Notes: generated by a model not told the origin, from the letters alone. A DNA stretch of 62,850 bases from an uncultured Ruminococcus sp. (GCA_902797535.1 CADBTD010000054.1:1-62850), one strand, 5' to 3'; shown: positions 29,318 to 39,596, numbered from the stretch's first letter. Program-made: numbers and translations.

Positions 29318-31042
29318 ATGACTGATGAAATCAAAGCATTGTACGAACAGTGGCTTGAAAACGCTGTTGAAGATGAAGACCTTCAGGTGGAACTGAAATC
29401 TATCGCAGGTGATGATGACGCTATACTTGACCGTTTTTATCGCAATCTTGAATTTGGTACAGGCGGACTTCGCGGTGTTATCGGCGCAGGCGCATACAGA
29501 ATGAATATCTATACCGTAAGACGTGCTACACAGGGACTTGCTGATTATGTAAATGGTGATTTTAAGAACGGCTCTGTTGCTATATCTTATGACTCCCGTA
29601 TTAAGTCTGATGTATTTGCCAAGGAAGCTGCAAGAGTTCTTGTAGCTAACGGTATCAAAGTATATCTTTATAAAGAATTAATGCCTACTCCTATGCTTTC
29701 GTGGGCAGTACGTTATTTCGGCACTTCTGCTGGAATCATGGTGACCGCCTCGCATAATCCTTCAAAGTATAACGGATATAAGGCATATGGCGCTGATGGC
29801 TGCCAGATCACTCTCGATGTTGCCAATACTGTTATCGGAAAGATAAACAGTGTCCCGATGTTTGGCGGCGCAAAGGTTGCTGACTTTGATGAGGCTGTAA
29901 AGAACGGCATGATCGAATATATCGGACAGGAATGCATTGATGCTTATCTTGCCAAGGTAAGAGAGCAGGGGATACATACCGATCTTGTTGCTGAAAGCGG
30001 ACTCAAGGTCGTATATACTCCTCTTAATGGCACAGGAAATAAGCCTGTACGCAAAATACTTGACCTTATCGGTGTTAAGGAAGTAACTGTTGTGCCGGAA
30101 CAGGAAAATCCTGATGGTAATTTTCCGACTTGTCCGTTCCCGAATCCCGAGATCAAAGAAGCACTTGCTTATGGACTTAAACTTTGCGAGACTGTAAAGC
30201 CTGATCTTCTGCTTGCTACCGATCCCGACTGTGACAGAGTAGGTATAGCTGTACCTTCTCCCGAAGGCGATTATGTGTTATTCTCCGGAAATGAAGTTGG
30301 AGCTCTTCTTATGGAGTATATCTGCAACGAAAGAAAGGCTCTTGGCACTATGCCGGAAAAGCCTGTTGCCGTAAAGACCATCGTTTCGACAGATATCTGC
30401 ACAAAGATAGCTGAGGAATTCGGCGTTGAACTCAGAAACGTACTTACAGGATTCAAGTTCATTGGTGAGCAGATCGGTCTTCTTGAAGCAGACGGTGAAG
30501 CTGACAGATATATATTTGGCTTTGAAGAGAGCTACGGCTACCTTGCAGGTTCATATGTTCGTGATAAGGATGCTGTTGTTGCATCAATGCTTATATGTGA
30601 AATGGCTGCATTCTATCGTACAAAGGGGATCTCTTTGCTTGAAGCCAGAGAAAAGATGTATGCTAAATACGGCAATTATAAGCATTCGCAGGAATCTTTC
30701 GTTTGTGAGGGTGCCAGCGGAATGCAGCGTATGCAGGAGATAATGTCTAATCTTCGCAAGAATGTCCCTGCTGAGATCGGCGGTCTTAAGGTTGAGAAAT
30801 TCGGTGATTATCTTGCAAGCGAGGAAAAGTGCATCAAGTGCGGCAAGGTCACACCTATAGATCTTCCCAAGAGCGATGTTCTTGCATTCAGACTTGAGCA
30901 GGATGCATCTGTTATTATCCGTCCTTCGGGAACCGAGCCTAAGATCAAGGCTTACTACACAACTATAGGCGCAACTCCTGAGGCAGCAGAAGCACAGGAG
31001 AAAACTATAGCAGAAAGCTTCAAGAAGATACTCGGATTCTGA
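29318..31042 (+). CDS. Phosphoglucomutase/phosphomannomutase
   Basis: FGTGGLRG, TASHNP, DPDCDR, FEESYG, RPSGTEPKIK. Confidence 0.93.
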   Translation: MTDEIKALYEQWLENAVEDEDLQVELKSIAGDDDAILDRFYRNLEFGTGGLRGVIGAGAYRMNIYTVRRATQGLADYVNGDFKNGSVAISYDSRIKSDVFAKEAARVLVANGIKVYLYKELMPTPMLSWAVRYFGTSAGIMVTASHNPSKYNGYKAYGADGCQITLDVANTVIGKINSVPMFGGAKVADFDEAVKNGMIEYIGQECIDAYLAKVREQGIHTDLVAESGLKVVYTPLNGTGNKPVRKILDLIGVKEVTVVPEQENPDGNFPTCPFPNPEIKEALAYGLKLCETVKPDLLLATDPDCDRVGIAVPSPEGDYVLFSGNEVGALLMEYICNERKALGTMPEKPVAVKTIVSTDICTKIAEEFGVELRNVLTGFKFIGEQIGLLEADGEADRYIFGFEESYGYLAGSYVRDKDAVVASMLICEMAAFYRTKGISLLEAREKMYAKYGNYKHSQESFVCEGASGMQRMQEIMSNLRKNVPAEIGGLKVEKFGDYLASEEKCIKCGKVTPIDLPKSDVLAFRLEQDASVIIRPSGTEPKIKAYYTTIGATPEAAEAQEKTIAESFKKILGF

Positions 31043-31056
31043 TCAATCGTAAATAT

Positions 31057-31089
31057 GACCCGAAAGCATATTATTGCTTTCGGGTCTTT
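31057..31089 (+). terminator. Intrinsic terminator
   Basis: GACCCGAAAGCA/TGCTTTCGGGTC followed by TTT. Confidence 0.8.
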
Positions 31090-31094
31090 GCTTA

Positions 31095-31123
31095 TTGACA
31101 AATGTATGTAAATATGTTATTAT
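31095..31123 (+). promoter_or_regulatory. Sigma-A promoter
   Basis: TTGACA-N17-TATTAT with TG extension. Confidence 0.7.
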
Positions 31124-31162
31124 AATATCATAAATTATGTTCGATCAGACAGGAGGCATCGT

Positions 31163-31879
31163 ATGCTCGTTGTAACTGAAAAGACAAAGCCGCTGAAAAA
31201 TGTACACTATTTTTGCGCTCTTTCGGGTGGGCAGCCTGTAAGCTGTTATCTTATAAAGGGCAGGTACGGCGATATGCTGATAGATACCGCTACGCCTCTG
31301 GTTTATAAAAGACTTCGTGAGTGGCTGGATGTAAATGATCTTAAGCATATTTTTATCACTCATGCTCATGCAGATCATGACAGCAACGCAGCAAGGATCA
31401 AGCGTGAATACGGTGCTCAGATTTGGTTGAGCGGTGCTGATCTGCCTCTTGTTGGTCATTATGAATCTCAGCCGATGAAAGCGACTCGTGAAAAGTATAA
31501 GCTTCGTACTGTTCAGCTTAATGTTATGGGTTCGATGAAGGTGTTTAACACTACTCCTTATGAACCTGATCATATTATTACTGCAGACAGTGCGAATGCT
31601 TTGAGGGAGTATGGCTTTGATGCTGATATAATCACACTTCCAGGACATACCCTTGGATCTGTAGGTGTTTTTTCGGAAGGAGTTCTTTACTGTGGTGATG
31701 CATTTACTGCAATGTGGAGAAGACCCGAGATATCACCTCATGCTTCATCGGTTATTGATATGAAGGCATCATTAATTAAGATACTTGAGCTTTCACCTGA
31801 ATGGCTGTGTACCGGACACGGTTTGCCTGTAAGTATGAAAAAAGCTCGGCGTGTAATCAGAGAGTATTTAAAAGAGTGA
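31163..31879 (+). CDS. MBL-fold metallo-hydrolase
   Basis: THAHADHD, PGHT, GD, TGHG. Confidence 0.9.
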   Translation: MLVVTEKTKPLKNVHYFCALSGGQPVSCYLIKGRYGDMLIDTATPLVYKRLREWLDVNDLKHIFITHAHADHDSNAARIKREYGAQIWLSGADLPLVGHYESQPMKATREKYKLRTVQLNVMGSMKVFNTTPYEPDHIITADSANALREYGFDADIITLPGHTLGSVGVFSEGVLYCGDAFTAMWRRPEISPHASSVIDMKASLIKILELSPEWLCTGHGLPVSMKKARRVIREYLKE

Positions 31880-31891
31880 TATGAGTCTTAT

Positions 31892-31933
31892 AAAAAAGCA
31901 GCAGTTTGTTTTTACAACAACACTGCTGCTTTT
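31892..31933. terminator. Bidirectional terminator
   Basis: AAAAGCAGCAGT...ACTGCTGCTTTT between convergent genes. Confidence 0.7.
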
Positions 31934-31937
31934 AATT

Positions 31938-32810
31938 TTATTTCTGTCTGCGTTTGAAAATAGCTCCTACGACTTTAGGTCCTGCATTTATCGCAACAGC
32001 AGCACCAATCATGAATGTTTCTTCGGGAGGATATCCGAGCTTTTTGGTAAGCTGAGCCGCAAGTTCTTCACCTGCTGACTTATCTTCTCCGCATACAATG
32101 CAATATGGTGTCTGCGGTATTATTTCGTCCTCGGTAAGCTTGATTATCGAAGGGATTATATTTTTGTCGCCTCTGACCTTTGTTTCAGTGACTATTTTAT
32201 TATCCTGTATACGCATTATTGGCCGAAGTCCCATAAGTTCTCCTGCAAAAGCAGCAGCTGAAGGTATACGTCCTGATTTTCTTGCATACTTGAGAGTGTA
32301 CATGGCAAAGAATATCGTACAATTCTGTACCCAGTCAGTGATGTATTCAACGATTTCTTCGGGTTCTTCTCCTTTTTCAGCTTTAATAGCGGCTTGAATA
32401 ACGGGGTATCCATATGCTCCGGTATAGCTTACACCATCAATAGTGTATATGTTGAATTTACCTTTTCTTTCAGGGTGATCCTCAAAGAACTGCTCAGTTG
32501 CAAGGAGCGAGTTGTTGTATGTAGCGCTGCCTTCTTTGTTGATCGTAACATTGATGACATCGGTATATCCTTCATTGAAAAGCTGTTCGAATATCTCACC
32601 ATATTCAAATGCTGTAATCTGAGAATGGGTTGGAAGTCCATCAAATTCATTCAGCATTTTGTAAAATCCTTCTTCATTGAAGTCAATACGGCTGGTGTAG
32701 CTTTTATCACCAAATGCGACCTTGAATGGAACAACTAAAATGTCATGTTCTTTTTCAGCTTTAACGGGAAGATCCGATGCGGAATCGGTCATGATTTTGA
32801 TTTTAGACAT
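31938..32810 (-). CDS. DegV/FakB fatty-acid-binding family protein
   Basis: IMTDSASDL, LPTHSQ, SATYN, LKYARKSGRI, INAGP. Confidence 0.9.
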   Translation of the reverse strand: MSKIKIMTDSASDLPVKAEKEHDILVVPFKVAFGDKSYTSRIDFNEEGFYKMLNEFDGLPTHSQITAFEYGEIFEQLFNEGYTDVINVTINKEGSATYNNSLLATEQFFEDHPERKGKFNIYTIDGVSYTGAYGYPVIQAAIKAEKGEEPEEIVEYITDWVQNCTIFFAMYTLKYARKSGRIPSAAAFAGELMGLRPIMRIQDNKIVTETKVRGDKNIIPSIIKLTEDEIIPQTPYCIVCGEDKSAGEELAAQLTKKLGYPPEETFMIGAAVAINAGPKVVGAIFKRRQK

Positions 32811-32879
32811 ATTCATCCTCCTTGTGATCATATATTAGTCAAACATAAAAATGCTACTGAGATCTGTTATGTTAAATAA

Positions 32880-33398
32880 TCAATCCCATGAATACTGCGT
32901 GAGCTTGCCTTCTCTTCCAAGATCGGGATAATCCCACTGTCTTAGTACCTCATATGTTGCAATAGCAACAGAGTTTGAAAGATTAAGACTTCGCAGCGTA
33001 GGTCTCATGGGTATTCGAACACAACAATCGGGGTTTTCATATAATAATTTTTCTGGGAGTCCCTTGTCTTCACGCCCGAAAACTATGTACACTGGTTTAT
33101 CCTGTGGATAATCTGCTTCGCTGTGAACAATTCGGCCTTTAGTCGTGAAGTATCTGAAACATCCGTCATTTTTTGAAAAGAAATCATCGAGAGAGTCATA
33201 TTCGTAAATATCGAGTTTATCCCAATAATCAAGACCTGCTCTTTTCAGCTGTTTGTCTGTTATAGTAAAACCATAAGGCTTTATAAGATGCAGTGCTGCA
33301 CCTGTTACAGCGCAGGTCCTTGAAATATTGCCGGTGTTCTGTGGGATCTGAGGTTCGACAAGGACAATGTTAAGTATATTCAAATGTATTAGCTCCAT
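32880..33398 (-). CDS. trmL: tRNA (cytidine/uridine-34-2'-O)-methyltransferase TrmL
   Basis: PQIPQNTGNI-RTC, KRAGLDYW, FGREDKGLP, RIPM, RSLNLSN. Confidence 0.93.
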   Translation of the reverse strand: MELIHLNILNIVLVEPQIPQNTGNISRTCAVTGAALHLIKPYGFTITDKQLKRAGLDYWDKLDIYEYDSLDDFFSKNDGCFRYFTTKGRIVHSEADYPQDKPVYIVFGREDKGLPEKLLYENPDCCVRIPMRPTLRSLNLSNSVAIATYEVLRQWDYPDLGREGKLTQYSWD

Positions 33399-34262
33399 TC
33401 ATATTGGTTCAAAATTTCCAAGTTCGCTGTAATTGTTGAGCCAGGCTAATTGCGGTTCGAAAAGAATACCGTCATTTTTTGAGATCCCATAGCTGTAGGT
33501 GGTTTTTATAGCAAGACCTGTAAAGTGAGCAGCACGGTCAAGAGCAATGGGCAGACTATCTTCTGACATAAGACCGCCAACAAGTACAGCAGTAAAAAGA
33601 TCTCCGCAGCCTGAATACTGCATTGGAACATAGCTGCTTCCTACTCTCCAGAAGCCGTCTGTAGTACGGTCGTATCCTGCGGACCATATTTTCCCGTCGG
33701 AGGTCTGAGCGCCTGTAATAACTATATATCTTGTATTCTCTGATAGCTGAGAAAGCCTGACAAGCCATGATTTCAGTTCATTTGCCCTTAATCCGTTTAC
33801 AGGACAATCTTCATCAAGAAGCAGTGCGGCTTCAGTAAGATTCGGTGTTATTAGATCGGCTTTTTTTACAAGCATCTTTATCTTAGTGCATAATTCATCT
33901 GTTATTGTTTTATATCTTTTTCCGTTATCACCCATAACGGGATCGACAACTTTCAGTGCACCGGGATATGCATCAAAAAAATCAGCACAATGTTCTATCT
34001 GATCGGCTGATGCTAAAAATCCACTGTAAATACAGTCGAAAGAAGTGCCGAGCGTCTTATAATTTTCAAGCGCCTTGCCTATAAAATCGGTAAGATCTTT
34101 CATTACAAAACTGCTGTAGCCCGTGTGTGCTGACAGAACAGCGGTGGGGACAGGACACACTTGAATACCCATAGCTGACATGACAGGTATTATTGCAGTA
34201 AGAGAACATTTCCCTATGCCCGATATATCATGTATGGCAGCTGTCTTTTTTGCACTTTTCAA
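33399..34262 (-). CDS. pdxK: Pyridoxal/pyridoxamine kinase
   Basis: HDISGIGKCSL, PTAVLSAHTG, VDPVMGD, TPNLTEA, GCGD; TTG start. Confidence 0.88.
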   Translation of the reverse strand: MKSAKKTAAIHDISGIGKCSLTAIIPVMSAMGIQVCPVPTAVLSAHTGYSSFVMKDLTDFIGKALENYKTLGTSFDCIYSGFLASADQIEHCADFFDAYPGALKVVDPVMGDNGKRYKTITDELCTKIKMLVKKADLITPNLTEAALLLDEDCPVNGLRANELKSWLVRLSQLSENTRYIVITGAQTSDGKIWSAGYDRTTDGFWRVGSSYVPMQYSGCGDLFTAVLVGGLMSEDSLPIALDRAAHFTGLAIKTTYSYGISKNDGILFEPQLAWLNNYSELGNFEPI

Positions 34263-34296
34263 GTAATTTCACTTCCCTTGATGCTGTTTCTATAAT

Positions 34297-34325
34297 ATTA
34301 TATCACATCTTTTTTGCTTTTGCAA
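34297..34325 (-). promoter_or_regulatory. Sigma-A promoter for pdxK-trmL
   Basis: Minus strand TTGCAA-N17-TATAAT with TG extension. Confidence 0.7.
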
Positions 34326-34372
34326 GTGATTTTAAAAATATATAGAAACTGTGCATCAGATAATAAATGTAC

Positions 34373-34400
34373 AAAAAAGCGGACTTGAACCAAGTCCGCC
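34373..34400 (-). terminator. Intrinsic terminator after MATE gene
   Basis: GCGGACTTG/CAAGTCCGC stem followed by T6 on minus strand. Confidence 0.8.
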
Positions 34401-34406
34401 TATTAA

Positions 34407-35777
34407 TTAGCATCTGCATTTATATCTGCAGTTTCCTTTAGCAACAGCATCAACTTTTCTCATCTCAAAGAAGTAAAGACCGATCAGGAGCGCTCCTGCT
34501 GCTGCCCACGCAAAAGGTGATGCAAGGCATACAGCATTATAGCCGAATGAGCTGACAAAAGCAAATGCAACTATTGAACGGCAAATAAGCTCTGTAAGAC
34601 CGGCAAGCATAGTCACTGCGGAAAAACCAAGTCCCTGGAGTATGTTCCTGAAAAAATACACTACTGCAAGTGTTGGATAGAAAATGCTTGAAAGTCTTAG
34701 AAAATATCCTGCGTGTTCAGTCATAAGGTTGAAATTGCTTTCTTTTTTATTGAGAAACAACGAAGCAAATGTATCTCCGAAACAGAATATAACTGCTGAT
34801 ATCACAACAGTGTAGCATATAAGTGCGAAAAAAGCCTGTCTGACGCCTTTGTGTATCCTTTCGTTCTTGCCTGCACCGAGATTCTGCCCGCCGAAGGTTG
34901 CCATTGTTACGCCTATGGTTTCCATTGGCTGAGCGATAAGATTCTGTATCTTGCCGCCTGCCGACATTGCTCCAACATATTCGGTGCCAAGTGAGTTGAC
35001 GGCAGCCTGAAGTATCATTGTTCCAATAGCGGTGATGGAAAACTGAAATGCCATGGGCAGTCCTATCGAAAGAACATTTTTCATTATGGTTTTGTCAAGT
35101 ACTTTTTCTCCTTTATTATATCCGAGAATTGGCATTTTCATAACGTATATCAAGCAAAGGATGCCTGATATCAATTGTGAAAGGATCGTCGCAAGTGCAG
35201 CTCCTGAAACGCCAAGGTGGAATTTCACTATGAAAAGCATATCGAATACAACATTCAGACAGGACGCTATCAGAAGATATTTAAGCGGAGTTTTGCTATC
35301 GCCCAAAGCGCGCAGTGTACTGGCAAGCATATTGTAAAGAATCGTTACGGGTATACCGATAAATAGTATTCTGAGATACGAATATGCATACTCAAAAGTG
35401 TCCGGAGTTGTATTCATGAATCTGAGCAGCGGCCGACAGAAAATAACTGTTGTTATAGTCAGGACAGCTGCGATTACCGCAGACAGAAAATTAGCATTAT
35501 AGATGGTTTTTCTCATCTGCGAATATTTTTCTGCACCGAATTGCTGTGCTATAGGTATTGCAAAACCAGAGCAAGTACCTAATGCCGTGCCTATGATCAG
35601 GAAGCATACAGGTCCTACTGAACCAACGCCTGCAAATGCATTGTTGCCTACATACTTACTGACAATTATCGAATCAACCATATTATACAGCTGCTGAAAA
35701 AGACTTCCGAACAGCATGGGCATACAGAAACCCAGGATCAGTTTTATCGGGTTTCCTTTAGTCATATCTTTTGTCAT
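34407..35777 (-). CDS. MATE family efflux transporter
   Basis: DMTKGNP, QQLYNMVDSIIV, AQQFGA, LRALGDSKTP, GQNLGAG; about 12 TM. Confidence 0.93.
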   Translation of the reverse strand: MTKDMTKGNPIKLILGFCMPMLFGSLFQQLYNMVDSIIVSKYVGNNAFAGVGSVGPVCFLIIGTALGTCSGFAIPIAQQFGAEKYSQMRKTIYNANFLSAVIAAVLTITTVIFCRPLLRFMNTTPDTFEYAYSYLRILFIGIPVTILYNMLASTLRALGDSKTPLKYLLIASCLNVVFDMLFIVKFHLGVSGAALATILSQLISGILCLIYVMKMPILGYNKGEKVLDKTIMKNVLSIGLPMAFQFSITAIGTMILQAAVNSLGTEYVGAMSAGGKIQNLIAQPMETIGVTMATFGGQNLGAGKNERIHKGVRQAFFALICYTVVISAVIFCFGDTFASLFLNKKESNFNLMTEHAGYFLRLSSIFYPTLAVVYFFRNILQGLGFSAVTMLAGLTELICRSIVAFAFVSSFGYNAVCLASPFAWAAAGALLIGLYFFEMRKVDAVAKGNCRYKCRC

Positions 35778-36013
35778 ATCCCTTACCCCCATATCGTTCT
35801 TATATTATTCACCATACTATTGTATCGCTTGATATTCTATAACTTTTCCTTTCTGTAAACAATGATTTTATGTTATCTTTTTATAAAAATACATATTGAT
35901 ATTTGTGTATTTTCTATAAATCAATAAATCGAAAAAAATAATACAGCATAGCATATAGTTTTTAATTTACGAAACCGTTTTCAGAAAGAAATAATGTACA
36001 AATACTTCGAAGG

Positions 36014-36042
36014 TTGACAAATACATTATATTATGTTATAGT
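36014..36042 (+). promoter_or_regulatory. Sigma-A promoter for galE
   Basis: TTGACA-N17-TATAGT with TG extension. Confidence 0.75.
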
Positions 36043-36081
36043 ATATTTATATTTTATTTGTCTGAAAGGAGATATATAATT

Positions 36082-37095
36082 ATGGCAAATATACTTGTAA
36101 CAGGCGGTGCCGGTTTTATAGGAAGTCATACTTGTGTTGAACTTCTTGCATCCGGTCACGAAGTGATAATTGTTGACAATTTTTCAAATTCCAAGCCTGA
36201 GGCATTAAAGCGTATCAAAAAGATATCCGGTAAGGATGTAAAATTCTATGAGACCGATATACTTGATCTTGATGGTCTTAATAAGATCTTTGATGAAAAC
36301 CGTATAGATGCTGTTATTCACTTTGCAGGTCTTAAAGCTGTAGGTGAAAGTGTTCAGAAACCTGTTGAGTATTATCATAATAATATTACGGGAACTCTTA
36401 TGCTGATACAGGCTATGAGAGCACATGACTGCAAGAAGATAGTATTCTCATCGTCGGCTACAGTTTACGGTGTAGATAATCCTGTACCTTATGTTGAGAC
36501 GATGCCTACACACACAGCTACAAATCCTTATGGATATACTAAAGTCATGATAGAGCAGATACTCAGAGATGTTGCTGTTTCTGATCCTGAATGGAGCATT
36601 GTACTTCTTCGCTACTTTAATCCTATCGGTTCTCATAAGAGCGGACTTCTTGGCGAGGATCCGAACGGTATTCCGAACAATCTGTTCCCGTATATACAGC
36701 AGGTCGCTATCGGCAAGCGTGAATATCTTGGCGTTTTCGGTAATGATTACGATACCCCTGATGGTACAGGTGTGCGTGATTATATCCATGTTATGGATCT
36801 TGCAAGCGGTCATCTTTGTGCTGTAGACTATGTTCTCGGACATAAGGGAGTTGAGGCTGTAAATCTCGGAACAGGAAAGGGTTCAAGTGTTCTTGATGTT
36901 CTTCACGCATTCGAAAAGGCGTGCGGTAAGAAGCTCGCATACAAAATCATGCCGAGAAGAGCAGGGGATATCGCCTGGTGCTATGCGAATACCGATAAGG
37001 CTAAGAAGCTGTTTGGATGGGAAGCTAAGTACGGTATAGATGAAATGTGTACCGACGGCTGGAACTTTATACAGAAAAATCCCAACGGACTTTGA
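36082..37095 (+). CDS. galE: UDP-glucose 4-epimerase
   Basis: TGGAGFIGSH, HFAGLKAVGES, SSSATVYG, PYGYTK, LRYFNP, RDYIHV. Confidence 0.96.
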   Translation: MANILVTGGAGFIGSHTCVELLASGHEVIIVDNFSNSKPEALKRIKKISGKDVKFYETDILDLDGLNKIFDENRIDAVIHFAGLKAVGESVQKPVEYYHNNITGTLMLIQAMRAHDCKKIVFSSSATVYGVDNPVPYVETMPTHTATNPYGYTKVMIEQILRDVAVSDPEWSIVLLRYFNPIGSHKSGLLGEDPNGIPNNLFPYIQQVAIGKREYLGVFGNDYDTPDGTGVRDYIHVMDLASGHLCAVDYVLGHKGVEAVNLGTGKGSSVLDVLHAFEKACGKKLAYKIMPRRAGDIAWCYANTDKAKKLFGWEAKYGIDEMCTDGWNFIQKNPNGL

Positions 37096-37104
37096 TGACA
37101 TAAT

Positions 37105-37137
37105 GCCGCATACCGTATCTACGGTGTGCGGTTTTTT
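37105..37137 (+). terminator. Intrinsic terminator
   Basis: GCCGCATACCGTA/TACGGTGTGCGG followed by T6. Confidence 0.8.
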
Positions 37138-37154
37138 GGAGGAAGATCAAAAAA

Positions 37155-37454
37155 ATGATAGATAAACGCTATTTTGATAAGATCACTGCCTGCGGTGAAA
37201 ATTGTACGGGTTGCCGCAAGAAGATCGATGGGATGTGTCCCGGATGCATTGAGGCAGATGGTTATGTCCCCGAATGGAAAGATTCAGGCAGATGCAGGAT
37301 ACATTCATGTGTAAAAGAGCATAAGGCGCTATTCTGTGGAATGTGCTCTGAGTTCCCATGTGACAAGGTACCGGTAATGCTTCATTGGTATGATGATCCT
37401 GTAGATCACTTATCACGTCTTGCTGAAAGATATCGGGTTTTGTTCGGAGAATAA
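37155..37454 (+). CDS. Cys-rich DUF3795-like protein
   Basis: ACGENCTGC, CPGC, CRIHSC, CGMCSEFPC pattern. Confidence 0.75.
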   Translation: MIDKRYFDKITACGENCTGCRKKIDGMCPGCIEADGYVPEWKDSGRCRIHSCVKEHKALFCGMCSEFPCDKVPVMLHWYDDPVDHLSRLAERYRVLFGE

Positions 37455-37491
37455 TATTCTCTGTGTATAGTTGGTTCAAGGGTGATTATTT

Positions 37492-38145
37492 ATGCTTAAA
37501 GCTGTATTATTTGATATGGATGGCCTGATAACAGACACGGAAAAGCTGCTCAGTCATTTCTGGTGTCTATCTGCGAAAAGCTTCGGCTTTGATATGCGTC
37601 CGGAACACGTTCTGGGCATAAGGTCGCTATCGGCTAAGTTTGCTGAGCCTCATCTGAAAGGGATATTTGGTGATGATTTTGATTATTACGCTATAAGGAA
37701 CAAGCGCCGTGAAATGATGAATGAGTATATTGAAGAAAACGGTATCGAGGCTAAACCCGGACTTTATGTGCTTCTTGATCATATTGAAGAACTCGGTCTG
37801 AAGTGTGCTGTGTGTACAGCCACAGATCTTGAGCGAACAAAATGGTATCTCGGTCTTTTGGGTATATGCAGCAGATTTGATGCACTTGTGTGCGGTGATA
37901 TGATAAAGAACGGGAAACCAAAGCCGGATACTTATCTTGAAGGTGCAAGAGCGCTGGGTCTATTCCCGGAAGAATGTATTGCGCTGGAGGATTCGCCAAA
38001 TGGTATAACTTCTGCGTATACCGCAGGATGCATTCCTGTAATGGTTCCCGATCTTTCGCAGCCTGATGATGAACTAAAGAAAAAGCTATATGCAGTTTGT
38101 GATTCACTGAATGATGTGTGTTCTGTTATTGATGAATTGATTTAA
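37492..38145 (+). CDS. HAD-family phosphatase (beta-PGM/CbbY-like)
   Basis: FDMDGLITDTE, GKPKPD, LEDSPNG. Confidence 0.88.
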   Translation: MLKAVLFDMDGLITDTEKLLSHFWCLSAKSFGFDMRPEHVLGIRSLSAKFAEPHLKGIFGDDFDYYAIRNKRREMMNEYIEENGIEAKPGLYVLLDHIEELGLKCAVCTATDLERTKWYLGLLGICSRFDALVCGDMIKNGKPKPDTYLEGARALGLFPEECIALEDSPNGITSAYTAGCIPVMVPDLSQPDDELKKKLYAVCDSLNDVCSVIDELI

Positions 38146-38186
38146 AGTGCTTATTATAAAATAATTGTGAAGATTCTGTTATTCTA

Positions 38187-38215
38187 TTGACATTTTCTGC
38201 AAAATGGTGTATCAT
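38187..38215 (+). promoter_or_regulatory. Sigma-A promoter
   Basis: TTGACA-N17-TATCAT. Confidence 0.65.
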
Positions 38216-38249
38216 TTAACTAAAGATTTTATGATGAGGGGGTTTATCT

Positions 38250-38696
38250 ATGTCAAAAGCCGTTACCTATCTTTTTACATTTATTCTTATTTTCGTATTA
38301 TTGCCGGTAGGAATTTATAAGTTCTACTGCAGTTATCAGGATGGACTTTATCCAAGTCTTTCAGAGTATGCTTCTTTTCCCGATAAAGAGGGTGCTAAGC
38401 CTTACGATGGCAAATACGAAGTTAAGGTAATGAAGTATAATGGCACAGGTGGAGAGGAGAAGTATGTATTCAAGGTTTATCTTATAAATCATGAAGATGA
38501 TACTACTACTTTTATCAAGACCGTTAAGATCAGTTCTTATGGAACAGGAATCGAGCCTGTGGTACCTAACGATCAGGCACCCGGACAGTATGAGATAACA
38601 CTGATGTTTACTTCATCAGGCGGAAATGAAACTCTTGTTATTGATGCTGTAAACGGAATGGTCAAAGGAAAGAAGCTTCGCGGCGGATTCTTCTGA
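38250..38696 (+). CDS. Hypothetical membrane-anchored beta-rich protein
   Basis: N-terminal TM, RBS GAGGGG, own promoter and terminator. Confidence 0.7.
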   Translation: MSKAVTYLFTFILIFVLLPVGIYKFYCSYQDGLYPSLSEYASFPDKEGAKPYDGKYEVKVMKYNGTGGEEKYVFKVYLINHEDDTTTFIKTVKISSYGTGIEPVVPNDQAPGQYEITLMFTSSGGNETLVIDAVNGMVKGKKLRGGFF

Positions 38697-38724
38697 TGAT
38701 TGATCGGAATAATTGAAAATAACA

Positions 38725-38760
38725 GATCCCGAAAGATTAATTCTTTCGGGATCGTTTTTT
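38725..38760. terminator. Terminator between convergent genes
   Basis: GATCCCGAAAGA/TCTTTCGGGATC followed by T run. Confidence 0.8.
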
Positions 38761-38766
38761 ATAATA

Positions 38767-39510
38767 TTATTGACTATCCGATGTGATAATACCCGGATCG
38801 TATTCAAGATCGAACATTTTATAATGTCGGCCTACTTTTCCGACAAGGCAATTATATCTGTATGTCTGTGTTTCTTTTGAACCGGAAAAGGTGACATCGG
38901 CATATACTACATAAGCTTCCGAAATGTCAGGTGCTGTTCCATATGCTGCTTTGTAATCTTCCATGCTGTATTCTTTCAGCGGTTTTGTGTTAAGTATGTC
39001 GCATTCTATTGTAAGATTGTCTCCGCAAAGTTCGGTAATGTCTTCGCATAAGGCTTCCATATACTGCTCTTTTGTATAACCGGTCGCTTCAAGATCTTCT
39101 TCAAGCTCTTTCTTGATCTCAGATGGAAAACATTTGAGATAGCTGTCAAGATCACGATCCTCAATAGCAGAAAAATATTTTGTGACTATCTCGGTATTGA
39201 GCTCCTTTTTACCTATGGCACCGGAACTATAAAGTGTTCCTAAAATAAAAAATAATGCAGCTGCAGCAACTATCACAAGCATTTTGATCTGTTTGGGATC
39301 ATGCTTGTTTTTTGAGCCGTTTTTGATCTTCTCTTCTTTCTTTTTGAGCTTTTCATCGTGCTCAGCTTTTTGTTCAGGCGTCATGAATCTGACGGGGATC
39401 TCTGTTTTGTATTTATCAGCTGCATGGATTTTCAGATTCGGATCACCGTATCCGCAGTGCTCACAGAATGCTCCTTTAAATTCTTTGCCGCATGATCTGC
39501 ATATTTTCAT
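38767..39510 (-). CDS. Zinc-ribbon + TM + extracytoplasmic (NTF2-like?) hypothetical protein
   Basis: CRSCG...FCEHCG N-terminus, one TM, acidic C-terminal domain. Confidence 0.72.
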   Translation of the reverse strand: MKICRSCGKEFKGAFCEHCGYGDPNLKIHAADKYKTEIPVRFMTPEQKAEHDEKLKKKEEKIKNGSKNKHDPKQIKMLVIVAAAALFFILGTLYSSGAIGKKELNTEIVTKYFSAIEDRDLDSYLKCFPSEIKKELEEDLEATGYTKEQYMEALCEDITELCGDNLTIECDILNTKPLKEYSMEDYKAAYGTAPDISEAYVVYADVTFSGSKETQTYRYNCLVGKVGRHYKMFDLEYDPGIITSDSQ

Positions 39511-39546
39511 GAGAAATTCCTTTCTTTGGAAAATTATTTCTAAAAC

Positions 39547-39580
39547 AAAAAAGCGTTCGCCGGGTCATTGCGAACGCTTT
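39547..39580 (-). terminator. Terminator after rpsT
   Basis: AAAGCGTTCGC/GCGAACGCTTT stem with T6 on minus strand. Confidence 0.8.
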
Positions 39581-39596
39581 GGATAAATGCCTTAAA

